DNA of 62,961 nucleotides, the filler included, from Calcarisporiella thermophila CBS 279.70 (taxonomy: Eukaryota; Fungi; Calcarisporiellomycota), in NCBI RefSeq assembly GCF_041956535.1. It is 5 parts of 5 records of this genome, joined end to end, with 100 filler letters (N's around TTAATTAATTAA, not from the genome) between each part and the next. Parts side by side here need not be neighbours in the genome. Positions count along the whole stretch, not along the records: positions 1 to 25,082 come from NW_027192195.1; 4 more parts are not named here. One strand, given 5' to 3'. The translations under genes were made by a program, and so were the position numbers. Shown here piece after piece: positions 1 to 9,480 of this stretch; the stretch's first letter is position 1; each line of letters starts with the position of its first letter. Under the pieces are notes generated by a model. That model saw nothing but the letters and a program-made list of their open reading frames with translations. It was not told the origin of the DNA and did not search any database.

Positions 1-98
1 TTATTTACAAGTTGGCATGGCTCCTGGCGGTAGTCACCTTTTCTAGAGTATCCGATCTAGCACGCATGGACCTTTAGTCGACCGCGGTTGGAGAAACA

Positions 99-545
99 AT
101 GATGAAGGGGAAGATAATCGCTCCGAAGGAAACGAGAAGAAATCGGCGCACCATAAAACCCTTCCATGTCCATCGATTCCCAGACCCCAACCTCTGTCCA
201 GTAGAGTGCTTCATTGAATATAGGAGGCGCTGGCAAGAACAGGGTAAACTGCAACAAGGCTCAGAGGTATTCCTCTGCCCTGGAATCGCTTGCCCGGCGA
301 GGCCCGCAACGATTTCGCGATGGATCAAAACAATCTTTGCAATCGCCTCACCCGACGCAAGAGCCCATGACGCGCGGAAAACAGGGGCCACCCTCGCTCT
401 ACGAAGGTTCAATGTAGACACAGTGGTTGCAATAGGGAATTGGTCTTCCACCACTACCTTCGACCTATACTACCGCAGGGATAGAGCGGTAAATGCCGAT
501 ATCTCGGGCGCGCTTCTCTCCTTAGGACTCGAGGAAGCGCGCTAG
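99..545 (+). CDS. Tyrosine recombinase of DIRS element (C-terminal part; likely begins before the window)
   Basis: LCPVEC, HDARKTGAT (H-x-x-R box II) and GNWSSTTTFDLYY (W...F..YY with the catalytic Tyr) motifs. Confidence 0.88.
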   Translation: MMKGKIIAPKETRRNRRTIKPFHVHRFPDPNLCPVECFIEYRRRWQEQGKLQQGSEVFLCPGIACPARPATISRWIKTIFAIASPDARAHDARKTGATLALRRFNVDTVVAIGNWSSTTTFDLYYRRDRAVNADISGALLSLGLEEAR

Positions 546-594
546 GGCCCTCTGGATCATCGTGAAGCATGGACTGCTGACGTAGTCCGCATTC

Positions 595-986
595 TATTTT
601 AGCACTAAGCCTAGCGTATGCGACGGCTTAGTATAAATGGAATAGGCAGTCAGCAGTCCATGCTTCAGGATCCCACCCCTCAATGTATTATTTTGATTTT
701 GTTGCACCTATTTTTCTTTTTCTTTTTTATTTTTCTTATATCTCCCCACCCCTCTTCTCGGGAGGGCCAAGGAGTTGCACTTGGGAAACGACAGCTTTTT
801 ATACTCTTGATTTATTCTCAGATTTTTTCTTTATTTTTCTTTAAATTTCTTTAATTTTCTATGCAAATTCTCTGGAAGTAGCTCATTTGTCCAATAAAAC
901 GGCCTCATTATCGTGAAGCATGGACTGCTGACTGCCTATTCCATTTATACTAAGCCGTCGCATACGCTAGGCTTAGTGCTAAAATA
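595..986. repeat. 73-bp perfect inverted repeat (595-667 vs 914-986) enclosing a 246-bp spacer
   Basis: TATTTTAGCACTAAGCC...AGTCCATGCTTCA is the exact reverse complement of TGAAGCATGGACT...CTTAGTGCTAAAATA. Confidence 0.95.
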
Positions 987-1089
987 ATATTAAGATAATA
1001 ATAGTAGTAATCTTTTCATTTGATTTTTACCAGAATTTTACATATATTTTACAGAGCTCAAGTTAGACATGATTTATATACTTCCAGGT

Positions 1090-1540
1090 TCAGTTTGTCG
1101 AGGGTAATGTGTTAAAATTCTTTTTATACACAAAGAATATTTGTTGGCCCATTTTTATCCATCCTACACACCTATCCAGCGCTTCTACGCGGATAAATCC
1201 AATCGTGCTAGGCATATCGAAATTTTTTAGATCAAATTTATCTTTATACCAGTCCCTCGACCAGCGCACTAACACCAACATGAGAACTTTCTCCTGAAAT
1301 TTTTAATGGAAATAAAACTATAATAATCAATGATTTTATGAGTGACAAAATTTCAAATAATATCATAAGACTTATAGTATATTACCTATTCATATTGTAC
1401 ATATGAGCGATTGAATAACATTTGAGCTTACCTCCACCTCAGCATAGCATTCCTTCTCTACCATCACCTCTGGCCAATTGTGGAACTTGCTGGCACGTCA
1501 TTTACAAGGCCATTGTATCGGAATAGATTGCGTCTTATCG
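1090..1540 (-). pseudogene. Degenerate spliced fragment, possibly a DNA-transposon protein C-terminus
   Basis: Reads ...VMVEKECYAEVE|intron|EKVLMLVLVRW...GFIRVEALDRCVGWI with an in-frame stop upstream. The family assignment is weak. Confidence 0.25.
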
Positions 1541-1698
1541 AGTTTTTCTACCCCCACGTTTTCCTTTCTCTATCCCATGATTTTCTTTGGTGGATTGCTC
1601 TCTTGTCGGCGTCGTTCACATCAGGGTTATTTGTTGACGTGATCTGTGCAGGCTAAGCTCTCTTATTCAAACTTAGGTTATATCATTTAGATATGGCG

Positions 1699-2451
1699 TT
1701 ACTCTCTGCAATTGTAGCATTTTCCGAATCTTTGGAACTTTTGCTTTTGCCTGAAATTCGTTGTTCTTTTACGAGAAACGTTATTGTGTTCCATCGACAT
1801 CGTACCATTATCGTCTTCTGCATTCTGACTACATCCTTCGCTTTTATCAGTGTATGATGAAAGAGTCTTGCCCCAATTGATAGCAGCGTCATAAGAAACC
1901 GCTAATTTAATGGCCTCTTCAAGGGATTTCGGCAATCCCGCGATGACTTGTGTCCTCACTCTGGGTTTTAATCCGTTGATGAACATAGTCATTGTCATTA
2001 TATCACCGAAGGAATCCAGTTGTCCAAGGATGATGCGGAACTGGAAGACATAATCCTGAATGCTTTTAGTTTGTCGAAGCATCTTCAATTGATTACATAG
2101 GGACATTTGGTAATCAGCACGTTCGAAAGCCGCAATAAGTTTGTTGCCAAAAGCTTGCCATTCTTTTGGTGTATCTTTCATCAACTTGTTTGATTGATAC
2201 CACTGTTGAGCGGTGTCTCTCAAGTACGATGCAGCTGTTGCGACCCTCCGTTGATCGGGGATTCCCATCGCTTCGAATATTGTGTCAACTTGCCGAACCC
2301 AACTTCGCGCATTCTCCCCATCTCGACCATGGAACAGTGGCAAAGGAATTGAGATAAAACCTTCTTTGGAATTTTGCAAAGTATTTGAAACTATCTTCTC
2401 AATAAGGGTAGCCAGCTGCTTTAGGATGTCTTCGAGAGAGTTTTGATCCAT
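1699..2451 (-). CDS. Ty3/gypsy gag (capsid domain plus truncated CCHC zinc knuckle)
   Basis: LPLFHG...W...AASYLRDTAQQW...LRQTKSIQDYVFQF...FINGLKP retrotransposon gag pattern, ending KCYNCRE* (knuckle cut by a stop). Confidence 0.9.
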   Translation of the reverse strand: MDQNSLEDILKQLATLIEKIVSNTLQNSKEGFISIPLPLFHGRDGENARSWVRQVDTIFEAMGIPDQRRVATAASYLRDTAQQWYQSNKLMKDTPKEWQAFGNKLIAAFERADYQMSLCNQLKMLRQTKSIQDYVFQFRIILGQLDSFGDIMTMTMFINGLKPRVRTQVIAGLPKSLEEAIKLAVSYDAAINWGKTLSSYTDKSEGCSQNAEDDNGTMSMEHNNVSRKRTTNFRQKQKFQRFGKCYNCRE

Positions 2452-2524
2452 TGTATCTTATCTTCGCTGTTGATAACACGTAATAAAATAAATAAACGAT
2501 TTTTCTTAGTCGTCACTAGCAGAA

Positions 2525-2796
2525 TGTAGTGGTCAAGACTCGACTCACAAGAAAATCCAAGTTATCTTTATTACAGTGGAAGTTCGATTAATTTATACAC
2601 AATGATAACTACATTACAAGGGTTACCCTTGTAATATCCCGAGGTTCAAGTGGCAAAAATTTTACAACTATTAGATAAATGAATCGTTTCTGGCTCATTT
2701 TCCCATATGCCCACTTTGCTCACTTAATTGAATCAGACCATTTCACATTCATTCAATAAGAATCAGTATCAATAACAGTTCTAAGGAACTGCTACA
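2525..2796. mobile_element. Probable 5' LTR of the gypsy remnant
   Basis: Bounded by TGTAG...CTACA inverted termini, about 70 bp upstream of the gag ATG. Confidence 0.5.
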
Positions 2797-3183
2797 CGTA
2801 TTTATAATTTAAGAGAACAACGTTGTGGCTAATGGCTCTGACAGAGTGGCTATGATACAAATAAGGTTATGAAACAAGATAAAGGTTGAGATTGGTCAGC
2901 ATAAAGAATGTCGTGGTGTCCTGTGTAAATCCACAATAGAATGTATCTTCTTACAAAAATATTCTTACAAACATATACTGTATATAAATAAAAATGTAAA
3001 CGTAAATATGATGCGCTCATAAATTGCGAGGCTGTTGGAGCTATATATCGCTTCTCTCATTTTGGCAGGTACTAATTGATTAACCTTTTTTTTTCAGAGT
3101 TGATGGAAAATAAAACATCTGAATTAGTGTATCTTATAGCAAATCAATAGAAGGGTTGTATTGAAAATGAATTGGAGTTCTAT

Positions 3184-6100
3184 TTACCTACCTATTAAAA
3201 ATGATCAAATGGCGCAAATGAGAAATAGATCCCATTTGTATCTAGCAAAATGAATTGGCTTAGTTACAGGCTAATAAATTTAAATGAATGGTATGAATGA
3301 GTATATTCCATCAGTATTCAGTAGAATGGATGCAATTAGTATGAAAAAGAGTTTTACTTACTGCCTATTAGTGTTAATGGAATGGCACAGATGTGGAATA
3401 TGTTCCATCAGAATTCAATAGAATGGACGCACTTATTGTAGAACAGGGTGCCACTTACGGACTATTCGAGATAAGCAAATGGCATATACGAGGAATATAT
3501 TCCATTAGCATTCAACTCATTGACAGCGTGGAGTGTGTAATGGTGCGCTACTTACAGACTATTCAAGATAAGTGGGTGGCAGATGGATAGCAGAGAGATA
3601 TGTTTCATCAGTATTCAGTAGAAAGGATTCCATTAGCATTTAATTCATGGACTGCGTTGACGTGTGGAATAGAGTACTACTCACGGGCTATTCAAGTTAA
3701 ACGAATGGCACAAATGAGGCATATATTCAATTAGCATTCAATACATTGGCTGCGTTGAGTGTGGGATAGAGAGTTACTTACAGTCTATTAGAGATAAGCG
3801 AATGGTACAAACGGGGAAGATATTCCATTAGCATGCTATACATCGAATGCGTTGAGTGTGGGAGGGATAGCTACTTACTGACTATTCAAGATAAGCGAAT
3901 AGCACAAATGAGAGATATATTCCATTAGCATTCAACACATTGATTGCGATGGGTGTGGAATGGAATGTTACTTACTGGCTATTCGAGATAATCGGATGAC
4001 ACATATGAGAAATATGCTCCATCAGTATTCAGTAGAATGAATGCTATGTTAGTATGAAATGGAGTGCTCCTTACGTCCTATTCAATATAAGCAAATGGCA
4101 CAAATAAGAAATACGTTCCATCAGTATTCGGTAGAAAGGATGAAATTAGTGTGGAATGAAGTGTTACCGCCTATTAGGGATAAGCAGGTGACAGAAATGA
4201 GAAATATGTTCCATCAGAGTTCAATAGAATGGATGCACTTAATGTGGAAAAGAGTGCTACTTACCAACTATTCAAGATAAGCGAATAGCACGGATGAGAA
4301 ATATATTCAATTCAACACATTGGCTGCGATGAATGTGGAAAAGGGCGCTACTTACGGACTATTCAAGGTAAGTGGACGGCACAATTGAGAAATATGCTCC
4401 ATTAGTACTCAGTATATAGGATGCATTTAGCGTGGAAAAGAGTACTACTTACTGGCTATTCAAAATAAGCGAATGGCACAAACGAGGTATATATTCCATT
4501 AGTATTCAATACATTGACCGCGTTGAGCATTGAATGTGTGCTACTTACAGCCTATTATATATTAGCAAATGGCACAAATGAGGCATATATTCCATTAGCA
4601 TTCAGTACTTTTAATTAGTTGAGTGTGGAATGGAAAGCTACTTACCAACTATTTAAGATAAGCGAATGGAACAAATGAGGCATATATTCTCTTAGCATTC
4701 AATACACTGAATGCATTGAGTTTGGAATGAGCGCTACTTACCAACTATTTAAGATAAGCGAATGGCACAAATGAGAGATATATTCCATTAGCATTCAATA
4801 CACTGAATGCATTGAGTGTGGAAAGGTGGGCGACTTACCAGCTATTCAGGATAAACAAATGGCATAAATGAGACATATATTCAATTAGAATTCAATACAT
4901 TGACTGCGTTGAGTGTGGAATAGAGCGCTACTTACGGACTGTTCAAGATAAGCAAATGGCATATGAGGAATATATTCCATCAGTGTTCAGTATAATGAAT
5001 GCATTTAGTATAGAATCGAGCGCTACTTACCAACTATTCAAGATAATCAAATGGCACAAAAAATAAGTGTCTTCCATTAGTGTTCAATTGAAAAGATGAA
5101 ATTAGCGTGGAATGGAGTATTACCGCCTATTAAGGATAAATAGATGGCATAAATGAGGGATATATTCTATCAGTATTTAGCAGAATGGATGCACTTTGTG
5201 TGGAATCGAGTGCTACTTACCGACTATTCAAGTGAATGGCACAAATGAAAAATATATTCCATTAGCATTCAATTTATTGACTACGTTGAGCGTGGAATGG
5301 AGAGCCACTTACGGACTGTTCAAAATAAGCGGATGGCACAAATATATGTGACATATATTCAATTTAGCATTAACACTTTGAGCGCATTGAATGCGGAGTG
5401 GAGTGTTACTTACTTGCTATTCAAGATAAACAAATGGCACAAATGAGACATATATTCACATATATTCAAACCATTAGCATTCAATAAATTGAATGCGTTG
5501 TGAAATGAGTGCTACTTACAGCCTATTAGATATAAACGAATGGCACAAGTGGGGAAAATGTTCAAATCAGCATTCGGTACATTGAATGCGTTGGGTATGG
5601 AATGGAGATCCACTTACCGACTATTCAAGTTAAGCAAATGGCACATATGAGGAATATATTCCATCAGAATTCAGTAGAAATGATGTATTATGAGTATTAC
5701 TTACGGGCTATTCAAGATAAACGAATGGTACAAATGAGACATATATCCAATTAGCATCCTATACATCAATTGCGTTGAATGTGGAATGGAGCGATACTTA
5801 CATCCTGTCAGAGATAAGCGAACGGCACAAACGAGAAATATATTCGATTAGCATTCAATACATCGACTGCGTTGAGTGTGAAATGGAGAGCTACTTACCG
5901 ACTATTTAAGCAAAGCAAACGGCACATATAAGGAATTTACTCCATTAGCATCCAATACATCGACTTTGTTGAGTGTGGAATGGAGTGTTACTTACCGACT
6001 ATTCGAGATAAATGAATGGCACAAATAGGGAATATATTCCATTAACATCCAATACATTGGCTGCGTTGAATGTGGAATAGAAGGCTACTTACGGTCTATT

Positions 6101-8879
6101 CAAGATAAACGAATGGAATAAATAAGAAATGTATTCCGTTAGCATTCAATCCATTGACTGCGTGGAGTGTGTAATGGTGTATTACTTACTGCCTATTGGG
6201 GATAAACAAATTGCACAAATGAGAAATATATTCCATTGGCACTCAATCCATTGACTGCAACGATTGTGGAGAGCCACTTACCGACTATTCAAGGAAAATG
6301 AATGGCACAGAAGAGAAATATATTCCGTTAGCGTTCTATACATTGATTGCGCTGAGGGTGAAGTGGCGTGTTACTTACCAACTATCCAAGATAAACAAAT
6401 TGTCGTCGATGTGGAGTAGATTCCATTAGCTTCCAATTCATTGATTGCGCTGAACGTGGAATGGAGAGCTACTTACGGCCTATTAGAGATAGGCATATGG
6501 AACAAATGGAAAATTTATTCTATTAGCATCCAGCAGCATAGATGCGCTTAGTGAGAAGTGGCATGCTACTTACCGGCTATTAGAGGCAAGCGAGTGGCAC
6601 AATTGAGGAATATATTCCTTTAGCATTCAACCCATTGACTGTGCTGAGTGTGAAATAAAGCGCTACTTACGGTCTATTCATGATAAACGAAATGTACAAA
6701 TAGGAAATATATTCCTTTAGCATTCAAATCATTGATTGCGTTAAGTGAGAAATGGAATACTACTCACTGCCTATTGGTAATAAAAGAATGGCACAAATGT
6801 GAAATATATCTCATTAGCATCCAACAGAATGAGTGTGCATAAAGGTGAAATGTAGTGCTACTTACATTCTATTCAAGGTAACCAGATGACACCAGTGCAA
6901 AGTACACTCCATTAGCATTTAATAAAAGGACCGCGCTGAACATAGAATGGAATACTACTTACGGGCTTGATAAGATAAAAGAAAGGTACCAATGAGGAAT
7001 ATATTCCATTAGCATCCAACAGAATGAATGTGCTTAATCGAGATCAGAGTGCTACTTACGGACTATTTAAGAGAAAAGAATAGCACCAGTGAGAAAAAAA
7101 GTTTCATTAGCATTAAGTAAGATAGAAGTACTTAATGTGGTATAGAGTGTTACTTACCGCCTATTAGAGATAGATGAATGGCACAAATAGGAGTGAGAAA
7201 TAATATTCTATTAATTTTCAATACATTGACCACGCTGAATGTGAAATGGATTGCTACTTACGGTCTACTCAAGATAAACAAATGGCACAAATGAGAAACA
7301 AGCTCCATTAGTAGTCTGGACACTGACTGTATATAGTGTGTAGCACAGTGCTACTTACCGTCTATTAGAGACAAGTGGATGGAACAAGCAAGAAGAGCAT
7401 ACCATTAGCATCCAATTGGCCAACCGTAGCAATGATTTAAAGTGACAACCTTTACCGGCTATTAAAGATAAAAGTGTGACAAATATATAAGACACGCTCC
7501 ATCAGAATATATAAGGATTGCTACTATCATAGTAGAATGCGATTATACTTACGAGCTTGTTAAGATAAACGAGTGGCACAAATAGGAAATATTTTAGCAC
7601 TCTGTGGAATGAAAATGTGCACAAAATAGTATTGCTCACGTTCTATAAAAAAATGAATGGGATATATGAGAAATATATTCCATTATCATTCAGCAAAATG
7701 GATGCACTTAGCGTAGCATGGGGTGATACTTACTGGCTGTTTGAGCTAAGCGATTGACACGCATGGGAAATATTTTCCATTAACATCCAGCAGAATGGAT
7801 GGGATTAGTGTGGAGTGGAGGGTTACTTACGGGCTTGTTAAGATAAACGAGTGACACCAATGCGAAATATATTCCATTAGCATTTTATGCATTGACTGCA
7901 TTGAATGTGAAATGGATTGCTACTTACGGTCTACTCGAGATAAACAAATGGCACAAATGAGAAACAAGCTCCATTAATAGTCTGGACACTGACTGCATAT
8001 AGTGAGGAGCGCAGTGCTACTTACCGTCTATTAGAGACAAGTGAATGGAACAAGCAAGAAGAGCATACCATTAGCATCCAATTGGCCAGCCGTAGCTATG
8101 ATTTAAACTGACAACCTTTACCGGCTATAAAAAATCAAAGCGTAGCAAAAATATGAGACATGACCCATCTGAATATACTAGGATTGCTACTATCATAGTG
8201 CAGTGTGGTGATACTTACTGTCTAATTAATGTGAACCAATAGTGTAAATGAATTGGAGTACATCCCATTAACGATTAACGTGATTGCGTCTTTATAATGT
8301 ATAAAGTACATACCGCCTATTTAAAGTAAACAAATGACAGGGATTGCCCAAACGCCTCCTTAGCAATCAATAGTAGACATTTTCATCTTGAAAAATTGAA
8401 ACTCACGCTCTTTTGACGGCAATGATACGCGCAAAATTATGGGCAAAAATTAGCATCAAAGTATGAATGGATGAAAAGGTGTCATGATAGTTACTTTCTA
8501 TATGCAATGGGTGACACGGTTAGTAGCAGTAGAATACATCTAAATTAATTGATAAAATGGTTCATGTCTAGTCAACTAGGGGCTACTTACCAACTGATTC
8601 ATTGGCACAATTGCAGAGGGAAAATGAGGTGAAGTCATCCGTTAGTTCTCAATTTAATAACTGCTCACGCGTAATAACAATACATACAGGCTAATTGTGC
8701 GAATGAATTTTGGACGTAGAATGCAAGTTAATCGCGGTGGAATATTAGGCAGCAATGGATCTCGAAATACCTGGCTCTTGTATCATTTCAGCCTCGAGTT
8801 TGGGGATGATGCTAGCCGTTGCAAGCTGCTGGATTGCGCAAACAACCACGATACTGACCGTCAATTTGACAAGCTGCAT
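3184..8879 (-). CDS. Secreted prepropeptide (95 aa) encoded by exon 1 (8879-8771), 57 three-nucleotide microexons (8690-8688 down to 3270-3268) and a terminal exon (3191-3184)
   Basis: Each repeat unit reads ...(T/C/A)AG|NNN|GT(A/G)... on the minus strand. Joining the NNNs to exon 1 gives an uninterrupted ORF with a signal peptide, KR site and amphipathic C-terminus. 42 of 57 junction codons end in C. The exact 3' end (CR*) is less certain than the rest. Confidence 0.88.
3192..8770 (-). repeat. Tandem array of 58 ~94-nt spliceosomal introns, mostly homologous to one another (period ~97 bp)
   Basis: Approximate minus-strand consensus GTAAGTAGCACTCCATTCCACACTCAACGCAGTCAATGTATTGAATGCTAATGGAATATATTTCTCATTTGTGCCATTCGCTTATCTTGAATAG (donor, GCTAAT branch site, pyrimidine-rich tract, acceptor). 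Confidence 0.93.
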
Positions 8880-9059
8880 TTTGGGTGATTGCGCTTTCTA
8901 GTAAATGGGGGGTTAGTTAGTTTGTCGACGGCGTTGGAAACCAGCGGCTGGGGAAAATGAGACGAGGAAAGGAAATGGCGCGCCTCTCCACGGCCCTTAT
9001 ATCCCTCATATTTGCCGAGGCGAGGTGCTGCTCGAGTGCCGGCTGCAGTTGGAGAAAAT

Positions 9060-9480
9060 CTTGTTTCGAGCGTATTTCGATTGACGATCGATCCCTGAGG
9101 CGGACATGAAACATCCAATCTTCAACCACCTCCGAAACTCTTCCCATTCGCAGTGCCCTATCCACGTGGAGGCCCCTCTGATTGGACCCTAGCGTTGATA
9201 TTGATGCACGTGGAGCGAAGAGAGAAGAGGCCGCGCAAGCTGCGCAGAGGGGCCGGCGGCGGTGCAGCCAACGAAGGATACTTGCTGCACCGGCTTCGAG
9301 AGAGCGCAAACCGGAATGGACGAGCAAGCTCGGCTCTCTTGCATTTCCCAAATCGAAATAGCCAATAGCTCTGCTGCTGCTCCTCCGCTTTGGCCTCTGT
9401 GCTTGTCCGGCATCAGCGGATAGCCCATGAATCCTAGAGCAGTGCACGCCGCTTGAACAGCTTGCCACGTGAGCATCAGC
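9060..9480. repeat. GC-rich sequence of unknown nature, homologous to ~36300-36745
   Basis: Collinear shared blocks: TTTCGAGCG..., GCTCTCTTGC.TTTCCCAA.TCGAA, GCTGCTGCTCCTCC, GTGCACG.CG.TTG..CAGCTTGC. Confidence 0.65.

Larger units (their letters stand above)
1..986 (+). mobile_element. 3' end of a DIRS-type tyrosine-recombinase retrotransposon
   Basis: Tyrosine recombinase C-terminus, followed by a perfect 73-bp inverted repeat pair (595-667 / 914-986) that matches the DIRS internal complementary region / right-terminus arrangement. Confidence 0.85.

Noticed and set aside
3040-3188. Alternative 3' end using a 4-nt exon GTAG and the GTAAAT donor (e.g. ...TCSTCQNERSDI* or ...TCRCFIFHQL*)
   Set aside because: Possible but not resolvable without cDNA. 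The simplest reading (TGT AGG TAA) was kept. The GTAAAT donor remains a caveat.
3393-4280. Plus-strand ORFs 3393-3590 and 4059-4280
   Set aside because: Chance antisense ORFs across the intron array.
3192-8770. CRISPR array or plain satellite interpretation of the ~97-bp repeat
   Set aside because: The variable part is only 3 nt, the repeats are diverged and carry splice signals, there is no cas operon, and the 3-nt parts concatenate into a meaningful ORF.
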